The notes under the pieces: model-generated
Told to the model about the DNA's origin: nothing
Seen by the model: only the letters and a program-made list of their open reading frames with translations
Databases searched by the model: none
Assembly (NCBI GenBank): GCA_050177605.1
Contig: JBFXGX010000005.1
Span: 22,047-86,046 of the forward strand
Direction: 5' to 3'
Source of the DNA: Candidatus Izemoplasmatales bacterium
GTDB lineage: Bacteria; Bacillota_I; Bacilli_A; Izemoplasmatales; Hujiaoplasmataceae
Length of the DNA stretch: 64,000 nucleotides
Shown here: positions 1 through 9,602 of the stretch, in pieces
Layout of the letters: every line of letters starts with the position of its first letter
How positions within the stretch are numbered: the stretch's first letter is position 1
Program-made: the position numbers and the translations under genes

Positions 1-189
1 CGTAAAAGTTGGTGAATTTACAGTTTCAGTAATTCCTAAATGACGCGCTAAAAATTTAGTTAATGTTGTTTTTCCACTTCCTAAATCACCTTCAAGCCCA
101 ATAATAGACCCTGGAAAACAGAAAGGGATTAATTTCAGCGCGAATGCATTCATTTCTTCTAAAGAATGTATTAAATATTTCTTTTCCAT
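1..189 (-). CDS. tsaE: tRNA threonylcarbamoyladenosine biosynthesis ATPase TsaE (3' part outside window)
   Basis: Manual translation from ATG at 189: MEKKYLIHSLEEMNAFALKL...GLEGDLGSGKTTLTK...VNSPTFT. Walker A plus SPTF motif; SD AAGGTG upstream. Confidence 0.92.
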   Translation of the reverse strand, partial: MEKKYLIHSLEEMNAFALKLIPFCFPGSIIGLEGDLGSGKTTLTKFLARHLGITETVNSPTFT

Positions 190-386
190 CTTTTCACCTT
201 AAAACTCTTTTAATGATGATTAAATTATATCATAAAGTAGCTACTTTATTGCTAGATTTTAGCCAAACTAATTAAAAAAATATCATCGATTAAGAAGTCA
301 TTATATCAAACCAACGAACCTATGTTATAATGTATTTAAGGAGTATAGTACGATGAAAAAGTAATGAAGTGCTATAAAAGGATTTC

Positions 387-1253
387 ATGTTATTAATTGT
401 CCACAATCCGTTATCAAACAACAGAAAATCTAAAAAAACAACGAATCATTGGGTAAAATATTTCAAAAAACATCAAGTACCAATTACCGTTCGATCAACA
501 CTCAAAATCGATGATTTAAGTATCTATTTAGAAAAACACCCCAATATTAAAGATGTATTATATTTAGGTGGCGATGGTTCAATTAACTATCTTGTGAACC
601 AAGTAGATGTGTCTAAAATCAAACAAAATATATATTTAGCGAAAAGTGGCTCCGGTAATGATTTTTTACGAACATTAAAACAAATAAAAAAGGGAGATAT
701 CTCTATTGGTTTAGCGAAAACGAATGTTGGTGAAACACGCTTTATCAATGGTTGCGGTATTGGATTTGATGCGCTTGTTGGCCATTATGTCAATAACGAC
801 ACCAAGAAATCAAAAATCTCTTACTTTAAAAATGTATTTAAAGCAGTGTATCGCTATCAAAAATCCCCTATTGATGTAAGTGTCGATGGAAAAGACTATC
901 ATTTTGAAAAAGCGTACTTTATTGCAATTCAAAATGGAAAGTATTTTGGCGGCGGAATGAAAATCACACCAAAGGGTAATCCCACAAAAGATTCTTTTCA
1001 AGTCTGTGTAGCCCACAATTTAAATACAACGATTTTATTAACTTTATTCCCAACTATTTATTTTGGCGTTCATCCAAAATTCAAAAAATATATTACGGTT
1101 CTTGAAGGAAAAACAATTAAAGTGAAAGTACCGAGTCCAAGATACTTCCAAGCGGATGGAGAAGTCCTTGAAAATGTTGAAGAAATGATTATCACAAAAG
1201 ATATGACGAAAGAATTTACAGCCTTCAACAAGTCAGATTATTTAAATCATTAA
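387..1253 (+). CDS. Diacylglycerol/lipid kinase family protein (YegS/DAGK-like)
   Basis: NP near N-terminus, GGDGS, GSGNDF, GxGFDA, NGKYFGGG, QADGE motifs. Confidence 0.88.
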   Translation: MLLIVHNPLSNNRKSKKTTNHWVKYFKKHQVPITVRSTLKIDDLSIYLEKHPNIKDVLYLGGDGSINYLVNQVDVSKIKQNIYLAKSGSGNDFLRTLKQIKKGDISIGLAKTNVGETRFINGCGIGFDALVGHYVNNDTKKSKISYFKNVFKAVYRYQKSPIDVSVDGKDYHFEKAYFIAIQNGKYFGGGMKITPKGNPTKDSFQVCVAHNLNTTILLTLFPTIYFGVHPKFKKYITVLEGKTIKVKVPSPRYFQADGEVLENVEEMIITKDMTKEFTAFNKSDYLNH

Positions 1254-1254
1254 G

Positions 1255-1289
1255 AAAAAAACAACTCAGCCGAGTTGTTTTATTTTTTT
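1255..1289. terminator. Bidirectional intrinsic terminator between the lipid kinase gene and pgi
   Basis: AAAACAACTC-AGCC-GAGTTGTTTT hairpin flanked by A and T runs. Confidence 0.8.
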
Positions 1290-2624
1290 TTATTGTAGTT
1301 TTGCTTCTAGTTTTGCTTTTAATTCTTCGTAACCAGGTTTTCCAAGTAATGCAAACATATTTTTCTTGTATGCTTCCACGCCAGGCTGATTAAATGGGTT
1401 CACATCTAAAACATAACCACTGATTCCACATGCTAATTCAAAGAAATAGACAAGGTAACCAAAGGTATAAGCGTTTACGCTGTCAACATTGACAACAATA
1501 TTTGGGACCCCACCTTCTTGATGAGCTAACAAAGTTCCTTGGAAAGCTTTTTTATTGACATAATCCACAGATTTTCCTGCTAAATAGTTTAAACCATCAA
1601 GATCAGATGGAGCTTTTTCAATGAACATTTCTTTTTCAGGAGTCAAAACATTTAAGACTGTTTCAAACATAATACGTTCGCCTTCTTGAATATATTGTCC
1701 TAAAGAATGTAAATCCGTAGAAAATGATGCACTTGCGACAAATAATCCCTTATGATCTTTTCCTTCAGATTCGCCAAATAATTGTTTCCACCATTCTGTA
1801 ACATAATGGAACTTAGTTTCATAATCTACAAGCATTTCAACTGATTTTCCATTGCGATATAAAAGATTTCTCATCGCAACGTATTTTAAAACTTCATTTT
1901 CTTCAAGATTATTTTTCTTTGTATCTTTAAGACAGGCTTTTGCGCCTTTCATCATCTCTTTGATGTTGATATTCATTGCGGCGATTGGAAGTAATCCAAC
2001 TGCAGTAAGAACAGAGTATCTACCTCCTACATTATCTGGGACAACAAATGTTTCATATCCTTCTTCTGTAGAAAGATTTCTTAAAGCACCTTTTTCTTTA
2101 TCTGTTGTAACATAGATTCTTTCTTTTGCTTCAACTTTGCCGTATTTTGTTTCAAGTAAATCCTTGAAAACACGGAATGCGATTGCTGGTTCAGTCGTTG
2201 TTCCTGATTTCGAAATAACATTTACAGAAAAATCTTTGTCTTTTACATATTCAACCAACTCATTTAAGTAAGTTGAAGACATATTATGTCCAGCAAAAAT
2301 TACTTCTAATTTTTTCTTTTTTTCGAAATAGGGTGTTAATAAATCTATCGCTGCTTTCGCTCCAAGATAAGAACCACCAATTCCAATCACGATTAATACT
2401 TTTGATTGACGACGAATTTTCTTTGCAGAGTTTAAAATCCTTGCAAATTCTTCTTTATCATAATCATTCGGTAAGTTTACCCAGCCAAGGAAATCTGAGC
2501 CTTCGCCAGACTTGTCAGTTAATGTTTTTTTAGCTGCAAATACTTCTTTTTGAATCTTTTTAAGTGCTCCTTCTTGTACGAAAGGAAGCGCGTGTTTTAA
2601 CTCAACACTGATTACTTTATCCAT
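1290..2624 (-). CDS. pgi: Glucose-6-phosphate isomerase
   Basis: [43 protein letters not shown]. Confidence 0.97.
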   Translation of the reverse strand: MDKVISVELKHALPFVQEGALKKIQKEVFAAKKTLTDKSGEGSDFLGWVNLPNDYDKEEFARILNSAKKIRRQSKVLIVIGIGGSYLGAKAAIDLLTPYFEKKKKLEVIFAGHNMSSTYLNELVEYVKDKDFSVNVISKSGTTTEPAIAFRVFKDLLETKYGKVEAKERIYVTTDKEKGALRNLSTEEGYETFVVPDNVGGRYSVLTAVGLLPIAAMNINIKEMMKGAKACLKDTKKNNLEENEVLKYVAMRNLLYRNGKSVEMLVDYETKFHYVTEWWKQLFGESEGKDHKGLFVASASFSTDLHSLGQYIQEGERIMFETVLNVLTPEKEMFIEKAPSDLDGLNYLAGKSVDYVNKKAFQGTLLAHQEGGVPNIVVNVDSVNAYTFGYLVYFFELACGISGYVLDVNPFNQPGVEAYKKNMFALLGKPGYEELKAKLEAKLQ

Positions 2625-2715
2625 AAAATACCTCCATTATTAGACCAAACGTTATTATATCACAAACTAAAACAACATCAAAGGAATATTGCTGAAGTTT
2701 TGAAAGAAAAAACGG

Positions 2716-3054
2716 CTAGGATTTCCCGCCGTTCTTCTGATATTTTTCAATCCATTGTGGTAACATCGTTTCAAACGGTTTAAATCCAGCTTGAAGCTCA
2801 ACTTCCACATACTTTTTGCGTCTTTTTTTGTTTGTTCGTTTGAAGCTAAGGCTTACTTTGCCATCTTCTCCGACACTGATTACTTCTAAAGACACGGTTT
2901 CGCCAACGCTAACAAAGTCTTCAATACTCCTAACAAACCCATCGCTGAACTCACTAATATGAATAAGTCCATCAGTTTCATTCTCAAGTTTTACAAACGC
3001 TCCATAGGGTTTGATTCCAGTAATCCGACCTTTGACGATGTCTCCTTGATTCAT
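2716..3054 (-). CDS. S1 RNA-binding domain protein (YugI/GSP13/CvfD-like)
   Basis: GDIVKGRITGIKPYGAFV...GLIHISE; start moved to ATG 3054 because SD GAGGTG lies at 3061-3066. Confidence 0.88.
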   Translation of the reverse strand: MNQGDIVKGRITGIKPYGAFVKLENETDGLIHISEFSDGFVRSIEDFVSVGETVSLEVISVGEDGKVSLSFKRTNKKRRKKYVEVELQAGFKPFETMLPQWIEKYQKNGGKS

Positions 3055-3166
3055 ACATAACACCTCACATAGATTACTGACTTTATTATACCATAAATGA
3101 GCTATTTTCGAAAGCAAAGAAGAAAAAAAGATATGAACGAGTCATATCTTTAAATGTTTATAAAAA

Positions 3167-3664
3167 TTATTGTTGAGAATTATGCGCAACACTACTAGCT
3201 GCAGCTGCTGCTATCGCACCGATAATGTCATCTAAGAAAGTATGGCATTTGTCTGTTTCTTTACCTAACTGATCTAACTTACCAATAATTCCTGGCTTAA
3301 CCTTATCTACATACCCAAAATTCGTTAATCCAATTGATCCATATACATTGCAAATTGATAGCACTAATATTTCATCAATACCATATAGTGGATTATCAGA
3401 GTCAATCAATGTTTGTAATGGTTCGGATAATAATTTTTTTTCTGCCAACACATCAAGTTCAATTCCAGTCAAAATCGCATTGTGAACTTCTCTTTTCGAT
3501 AAAACACGATCCACTGCTTCAGCACAAGTGTCGATTGTCAAATCTGGAATATATTTTTTTTGTAATCCATAAACAATTTCGGCAATATCACTCAGCTCTA
3601 CCCCGCGATTTCGAATCGATTTAATACAGATTTCTTTCATTTCTACCGTTTTAATTCCTACCAT
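3167..3664 (-). CDS. Phosphatidylglycerophosphatase A family protein (YutG-like)
   Basis: KREVHNAILTGIELD, LYGIDE, YGSIGLTNFGYVDK, FLDDIIGAIAAAA. Confidence 0.9.
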   Translation of the reverse strand: MVGIKTVEMKEICIKSIRNRGVELSDIAEIVYGLQKKYIPDLTIDTCAEAVDRVLSKREVHNAILTGIELDVLAEKKLLSEPLQTLIDSDNPLYGIDEILVLSICNVYGSIGLTNFGYVDKVKPGIIGKLDQLGKETDKCHTFLDDIIGAIAAAAASSVAHNSQQ

Positions 3665-3894
3665 GTTTGTTCTACTCCTATTACGCCTGGCACTCTTTCA
3701 AGTAAAGTGTCTTCTACCAGTTCTCTCAATGTGCTTTCAACACCGCCACATCCAACGCATGCTCCCATGAGTTGAACATAAACGATGCCATCTTCGAATC
3801 GAATGAATTCGATGTCGCCGCCATCTCTTCTAATATATGGTTTGATTAGATTAATTACTTCTTTGATTTCAACAAGTATTTCATCATATGTCAT
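3658..3894 (-). CDS. NifU/Nfu Fe-S cluster scaffold domain protein
   Basis: PYIRRDGGDIEF...LMGACVGC (CxxC). Confidence 0.9.
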   Translation of the reverse strand: MTYDEILVEIKEVINLIKPYIRRDGGDIEFIRFEDGIVYVQLMGACVGCGGVESTLRELVEDTLLERVPGVIGVEQTW

Positions 3895-3909
3895 TTTCGT
3901 TTCCCTACC

Positions 3910-4194
3910 TTATTCATCTCTTTTTTTGTTTGGATCGAAATGTGGGTTTTTCAAGATGAAATAAGCACAATTCATCGGACATGATTCGACTAAATAATCC
4001 GGAATGAATTTATATGAATTTGTTTTTCCGTTTTTTGTAAAACCTTTTAATCTTAAGATGCCTGCGGAATAGTCACCAACGATATAAGGATAAATATCAA
4101 AGGCATCGGTATATCTTTTATTAAAGTCATCTAAAATAAAAGCGTCACGATAATCTTTGATCATTTCAAAATCTCCATGGATGGTATCAATCAT
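3910..4194 (-). CDS. YutD/DUF1027 family protein
   Basis: YIVGDYSAGILRLKGF, IPDYLVESCPMNCAYFIL. Confidence 0.85.
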   Translation of the reverse strand: MIDTIHGDFEMIKDYRDAFILDDFNKRYTDAFDIYPYIVGDYSAGILRLKGFTKNGKTNSYKFIPDYLVESCPMNCAYFILKNPHFDPNKKRDE

Positions 4195-4294
4195 GTTCTC
4201 ATCTCCTCAGCATATCTATTGTATCATAAAACAACGAAAATCAAGTAATTTATGTCTTTTAAATAAAAGAAAAGGAGTCCATTGATGGATTCCT

Positions 4295-4780
4295 CTAATA
4301 AATCAATTCATGTTCTAACAAACAGATTGCTTCACATATAATCGCTTGCTCGGTTCCAACAATTCCTAGTCCCTCAAATGTCGTTGCTTTGATGGATATC
4401 TTTGAAACATCTTCTTCAAATATCGCCGCGATATGATTTCTCATATCATCGACATAATCTCTTAGTTTTGGTTTTTCTAAGGATACCATGCAATCTAGAT
4501 TTACCAAATAATATCCTTTGCCTTTAGCGTAATCTACCACTTCTCGTAATATTTTACTAGAATCGTAATCTTTAAACCTAGGATCAGTGTCAGGGAAATA
4601 TTTACCTAAATCACCTAAAGCTAGGGCCCCTAGAATTGATTCTGCAATTGCATGTAACAAACAATCCGCATCCGAATGTCCAAAAGGACCTTTTGGATGG
4701 TCGATTAATACACCGCCTAAAATAAATGGTCTTCCTTCTACTAAAGGATGGACATCTTTTGAGAAACCTATTTTGTACAT
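4295..4780 (-). CDS. ispF: 2-C-methyl-D-erythritol 2,4-cyclodiphosphate synthase
   Basis: IGxxxDVH, GHSDAD, GDLGKYFPD, KATTxEGLG. Confidence 0.96.
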   Translation of the reverse strand: MYKIGFSKDVHPLVEGRPFILGGVLIDHPKGPFGHSDADCLLHAIAESILGALALGDLGKYFPDTDPRFKDYDSSKILREVVDYAKGKGYYLVNLDCMVSLEKPKLRDYVDDMRNHIAAIFEEDVSKISIKATTFEGLGIVGTEQAIICEAICLLEHELIY

Positions 4781-5430
4781 AATATTTCCTCCAAAATCAT
4801 TAGATCAACTTGTGTTGTTGCCTTTATATTATATTCGTCCCCCATCACCACATAAACATCTTGATGAAGTTCTTCTTTATATAGTGTAGCATCATCTGTA
4901 TACTCATGATGATTGTTGAAAGCCAATTTGTGGGCACGGATAATATCCTCTGTAAAAAAAGCTTGCGGCGTTTGAAGCGACACTGTATTTTCTCTTGGAA
5001 CAGTGTTTCCAAGTAGCTGATGTTCAACGGTCTTTAGTGTATCCTTCACTGGGATACCTAAGGTGATTGCTTTATGCTTTTTAACTTCATCGATACATTT
5101 ATTCAATAATAATGGGTGAAGATTAGGTCTAGCACCATCATGGATAATCGTAATATCAGATGATACTTGATGTAACCCATTCATCACACTTTCTTGTCTT
5201 GTGGCGCCGCCAAGGACAAGCATCACTTTTTCAGAAAACACTTTTTCATTCATTTCAGAAAAATCGTGACTTGAAACAACCAAAATGATTTTATCACATT
5301 CGAGGTCATTTTCGAAGGGGAGTAATGTAAAATCTATTAAAGATTTACCTCCAAAATTATAAAAAACCTTATTGAAGCCTAGATTTGACCTTGTACCTTT
5401 ACCAGCAGCCACAATAACAGCTGTATACAT
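4768..5430 (-). CDS. ispD: 2-C-methyl-D-erythritol 4-phosphate cytidylyltransferase
   Basis: AAGKGTRS, GGATRQESV, IHDGARP, QTPQAF, TDDA. Confidence 0.96.
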   Translation of the reverse strand: MYTAVIVAAGKGTRSNLGFNKVFYNFGGKSLIDFTLLPFENDLECDKIILVVSSHDFSEMNEKVFSEKVMLVLGGATRQESVMNGLHQVSSDITIIHDGARPNLHPLLLNKCIDEVKKHKAITLGIPVKDTLKTVEHQLLGNTVPRENTVSLQTPQAFFTEDIIRAHKLAFNNHHEYTDDATLYKEELHQDVYVVMGDEYNIKATTQVDLMILEEILCTK

Positions 5431-5432
5431 AT

Positions 5433-5963
5433 CTATTCCTCCTCGCTAACGAGTTCATCAAGAAGCGTATCAAATTCACTTAATTCAAATGCATCAATTC
5501 TTTGAAATCCATACATAACTCCAATTTTTTTTACTGAAATGTCTTTCAAATACTTATCGTAAAATCCTTTGCCATATCCAATCCTGCCACCTTCATTCGA
5601 AAACGCGACACCAGGGACTAGAAACAAGTCAATATCATGGCCTGAAACATACTTCCCTGTTGGTTCGTGAATTCCAAATGCAGATATTTCATAGGTTTCT
5701 CCTGGCTCAAAAAAATCCATCATTGATGTAGGAAAACTAATGACTTTAGGAAAACAAAATATTTTATCATCTTTTAGTAAATCAAGTAAATCAACTTCTT
5801 GATTCATTGGATAGTAAATGGCAACGATTTTCGCTGTTTTATAACTAGGCAATGCACGAATATTATCAACAATTTTTTTTGATAATTGTTGAACCTCTTC
5901 ATTCGTTAATGCTTTTCTCTTTCGAATAAATTCTTGTCTAATTGATTCTTTACTAAAACTCAT
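5433..5963 (-). CDS. 5-formyltetrahydrofolate cyclo-ligase
   Basis: FGIHEP, VPGVAFS, RIGYGKGFYDKYL. Confidence 0.94.
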   Translation of the reverse strand: MSFSKESIRQEFIRKRKALTNEEVQQLSKKIVDNIRALPSYKTAKIVAIYYPMNQEVDLLDLLKDDKIFCFPKVISFPTSMMDFFEPGETYEISAFGIHEPTGKYVSGHDIDLFLVPGVAFSNEGGRIGYGKGFYDKYLKDISVKKIGVMYGFQRIDAFELSEFDTLLDELVSEEE

Positions 5964-7135
5964 TATTCCCCAAATATTGCGTAATTCTTTTTAATATTTG
6001 TGATTGCTTCATTTAATGCTTTATTCGAAAGATTGATTAGTTCATTCATAGAATAGTTAGACCAAGGGTCCCTTTTAACAATTCCTAAGTTAGGATAAAT
6101 AACTTGTTGGATTCCACCTATCGCAAGTGAAAGATTGATTAAATCTCCTCCACTTTGAAGTGCTCTTAACAAGACTTCGTATTTTCGTTGCTCTTTAATG
6201 ATTAATGCAAATTGGATTCCTGTTATTCTAAAGATCGAATTGATATCTTTCGCAAAATGATATCTCATCTTTTTGATATATTCCGCAATCATTAAGTTCC
6301 CAACTTCTCTTCCGAAACGACTATTGATATCTGGAATATTTGTTAAATGGATCATCACGACATAGAACGGTTCGGTCTCTTTCATGATTTGGTTTAAATA
6401 TTGGAATAATTGTGGTTCTTGTGGAAGCGAATCAATCTCATGAATACTCGTTTCAGGAAATAGCTTTAAATCAATTCCTTTAATCGTCGAAATCAACTGT
6501 GTCTTCTTCTCAAACTCGAAAACTTTCACAGTTTCCATCACCCAAACATAAATTCCTGATTTTAATACGCGATACTTCATTTCAAAACTCGGATTTTTTT
6601 TACTAGCTTTTCGAATATTTTGCAAATACGCACTTTGATCATCTTTATGGATTAAAGAAGCGTATTCTTCTAAAGATAAATTATTTTTCTTCGTGCCAGT
6701 AATTTCCAAAAATTGATCCGTCGCAAATAGTCCATGAAGATCTTCATCATAAAAAATAAGTCCGACCGGTAACAGCGAAATTGTGGAAATATATCTTAGT
6801 CTTAATAATTCAGATGATGACTTAATTTCATCTAGCTCTTTTTCTAACTCAAAGAAATCATAATCCGTTAAGTTTTGGGTTATTTTAATTTTGTTTTTAA
6901 ATGTTAACGCAAAAAGTAACACACTAACGAATAAACCATAAGGAAAATAGCTTTCAACGACAGCCGTATCCACAAAGGTAATCAGCGCTTGAAAGTAAGT
7001 TAACACAACATAAACTCCAATCATAAGAAAGGAAATTACAAACTTCCACCATTTAAATGCTTTATAAAATAATCCGCTTAAGATTGGTAACAAAAGTATC
7101 AATCCAAGGGAAGAATAAATTAGATATTCGTTCAA
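5963..7135 (-). CDS. Membrane protein with PAS domain and degenerate GGDEF-like domain
   Basis: About 3 N-terminal hydrophobic helices; PAS-like LPVGLIFYD...IHKDD...YRVLKSGIYVWV; GGDEF-fold INSRFGREVGN but active site reads RITGIQF; TTG start. Confidence 0.75.
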   Translation of the reverse strand: MNEYLIYSSLGLILLLPILSGLFYKAFKWWKFVISFLMIGVYVVLTYFQALITFVDTAVVESYFPYGLFVSVLLFALTFKNKIKITQNLTDYDFFELEKELDEIKSSSELLRLRYISTISLLPVGLIFYDEDLHGLFATDQFLEITGTKKNNLSLEEYASLIHKDDQSAYLQNIRKASKKNPSFEMKYRVLKSGIYVWVMETVKVFEFEKKTQLISTIKGIDLKLFPETSIHEIDSLPQEPQLFQYLNQIMKETEPFYVVMIHLTNIPDINSRFGREVGNLMIAEYIKKMRYHFAKDINSIFRITGIQFALIIKEQRKYEVLLRALQSGGDLINLSLAIGGIQQVIYPNLGIVKRDPWSNYSMNELINLSNKALNEAITNIKKNYAIFGE

Positions 7136-7156
7136 GAATGTCCACCCTTTCTTTGA

Positions 7157-9508
7157 TTAATTTTTGATATTTGTTTTTACATAAAGTACCGGATAATAAT
7201 AACTTAGAAAAATACCTAAAAAGATAAAATTATATAACACAGAAACATATCTTTCTCCCGAAACAAACGTCATTACGAAAATGCCAAGGAAGACAAGTGC
7301 CCACAAGAATGTTAACCCATTATTGATAACTCTAAACAAAATGCTATGTGCATAATCTTCTTTGAAATCATATCGATGAAAATCGTATACCACTGGAAAA
7401 TTCAAAGCCCAAGAGATGAAAAATGTTGATCCCATCACAATTAAATAAGGGCTGTCTGTGTAGATATATCGAAAGCCAGGCAAGAATATTCGCAACATTA
7501 TAAAAACAAAGTACGTTGCCAACAAGAATATTTCAAACCAAGTAATCTTTAAATAGAGTCGATATCTAAAATAGATGCCAATGCCACTAATGAATAGTGC
7601 TGGCGGCATTAACCATATTGGGTCAATATAATTTGTTAAGAATGAAGCCCCACCATAAACGAGCAGATAAGCAAATAAAAACTTGATACCTAGAAAATAG
7701 ATTTTATGTTTTTGATACTCCGTGCTTGAGTATTCTTGGAAATCATCTAGTCCAAAATTATTGACCACTTCATAAAGTGTATCCATATTCCCTAAATATC
7801 GAAAACTCCCTGATTTTAGTACTTCAGTAAAGGTTGTCTTCTTCAGCAATAAATTAGATAATTTATCGTTCGTAGAATAAATCGTGACATCTGCGTCTTG
7901 ATACACACCGCGGTGAATCGTGATATTTTTCTTTTTAGTACGAACAAAATAGTCGCTTTTCCCAATATGAAAATTGATATGTCTTTCTTTATTGTTAAAT
8001 TCCGAAGGTTGATAATTATGACGAATCATCATCATAATTTCATCGTTAGTAAGATAATAAAAAGAATCATCATCTTCCCCATAGTATAATCTTTCTTCAA
8101 TTTTATCCGCAAGAACAATACCAGAGTGGAGCCATCCAAACATAGATGCTTCAGGTCTTAACCATTTTCCTACGACATATAGATTATCAAATAACTGTGT
8201 ATGTTCTCCTGATTCAATTGAAATTTGATCATTAATAGACAATCCTTTTCGAACAGATTCTTCACTTAACATAGACAAATATCTTTTTGGTTTTCCAAGT
8301 TTTGTACCGACAACTGTTTTCTTCATTTTTGGAAAAACATCATAAAGTCGTTTTAAAATTTCATCAACGGCAAATGGTGATTCCTCATCATAACAAAAAT
8401 CAAGACATAATGCACTATGACTTGCAAGGCAAACATCTTTATCAAATTTTTGATAATTAAATAAACGAATCAGTCGATGTGAATCATCATAATTATTTTT
8501 AAAGAAGTAATTAAGTTCATCAATTCCTATAGCGGCTGCTTTTTGATTTAGCGCCAAATACAACGTATTGATGTATGTTGTGGTTTTGATATTTGGATAG
8601 TACTGTTCTAAATGTACAATTTCTTCTTTTTTCTCCGGAAAATGTAACGTATAAAAATCAACAGGGTCACTTTGAACCACGAGATACTTAGCGCGATATT
8701 CTTTCTTATCATCCGAAACAAATCCAACCACTTTATTCTGGTCATCCTTAATATAATGATGAACTTTGGCGCTCATTAGCATCTTAGGATTGATAATCGT
8801 TAATTTTTCTTTAAGTGCTTTTTCAATTTCGATTGAATTTTGATCCAAATAAACCCAACCATCTTTTAAACCTAAAAAGAAATTCATAAAGAAATTATAA
8901 CTATTTATTTTCGATGGTGAGATTCCATTGATAGGACTATTCAATAAAAATTCTTCAATCAGTCGACCATCATTAAAGTATTTACTTAATAAATCCAGAA
9001 GCGAATAGTCTCCCCACTCAATCATTAAGCTTGTTAATGTATAATCCGTATTTTTAAGCATTGCTGTATATTGTGTAACGTAATTTTGATAATGTCGATC
9101 TAAATCGTTAAAAAAACGATGAATATGATCTCGTTGTTTTGGATAATACCTTACTAGATAAGTTCGATATTGATCAAATGAAAGAATTCTCTCTCTCATC
9201 GATTGGTTTAAATCGATGATCATATCTTTTTCATAGGTTGCCTTATGTGATTTTAACTCTAGCCCAATCGTCTTCAAATATTTTGAAATCAAAGATCCCT
9301 CTTCAAAAGCAGGAAACAACGAATTTCTTTGATACTCGAAATGATATTTACGGTTCTCAGGATCAGTAATTGTCATCACTTCGAAATCGTCTTCTTTATA
9401 CTCTTCATTCACGACAACAAGGACATTTCTCATTTTACGAGCTAAAAACAATGCCGTGGTTAAAGAAAAGATGTCTTCACCAATAACAATACAATCGAAT
9501 TGTTCCAA
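7157..9508 (-). CDS. Phytoene-desaturase-like FAD oxidoreductase fold fused to an SCP2-like lipid-binding domain and C-terminal TM helices
   Basis: FDCIVIGEDIFSLTTALFLAR (degenerate Rossmann), FDNLYVVGKWLRP...SGIVLADKI, SCP2-like ITIHRGVYQDADVTI...LKSGSFRYLGN, hydrophobic last ~180 aa. Confidence 0.7.
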   Translation of the reverse strand: MEQFDCIVIGEDIFSLTTALFLARKMRNVLVVVNEEYKEDDFEVMTITDPENRKYHFEYQRNSLFPAFEEGSLISKYLKTIGLELKSHKATYEKDMIIDLNQSMRERILSFDQYRTYLVRYYPKQRDHIHRFFNDLDRHYQNYVTQYTAMLKNTDYTLTSLMIEWGDYSLLDLLSKYFNDGRLIEEFLLNSPINGISPSKINSYNFFMNFFLGLKDGWVYLDQNSIEIEKALKEKLTIINPKMLMSAKVHHYIKDDQNKVVGFVSDDKKEYRAKYLVVQSDPVDFYTLHFPEKKEEIVHLEQYYPNIKTTTYINTLYLALNQKAAAIGIDELNYFFKNNYDDSHRLIRLFNYQKFDKDVCLASHSALCLDFCYDEESPFAVDEILKRLYDVFPKMKKTVVGTKLGKPKRYLSMLSEESVRKGLSINDQISIESGEHTQLFDNLYVVGKWLRPEASMFGWLHSGIVLADKIEERLYYGEDDDSFYYLTNDEIMMMIRHNYQPSEFNNKERHINFHIGKSDYFVRTKKKNITIHRGVYQDADVTIYSTNDKLSNLLLKKTTFTEVLKSGSFRYLGNMDTLYEVVNNFGLDDFQEYSSTEYQKHKIYFLGIKFLFAYLLVYGGASFLTNYIDPIWLMPPALFISGIGIYFRYRLYLKITWFEIFLLATYFVFIMLRIFLPGFRYIYTDSPYLIVMGSTFFISWALNFPVVYDFHRYDFKEDYAHSILFRVINNGLTFLWALVFLGIFVMTFVSGERYVSVLYNFIFLGIFLSYYYPVLYVKTNIKN

Positions 9509-9602
9509 AATATCACCTCAATTCTATCTTTGATTACATCAAATTATATCACATAAATTCTAAAAATACTATGAATCAAAAAAGAAAAAGTGCCGAAGCA
9601 CT

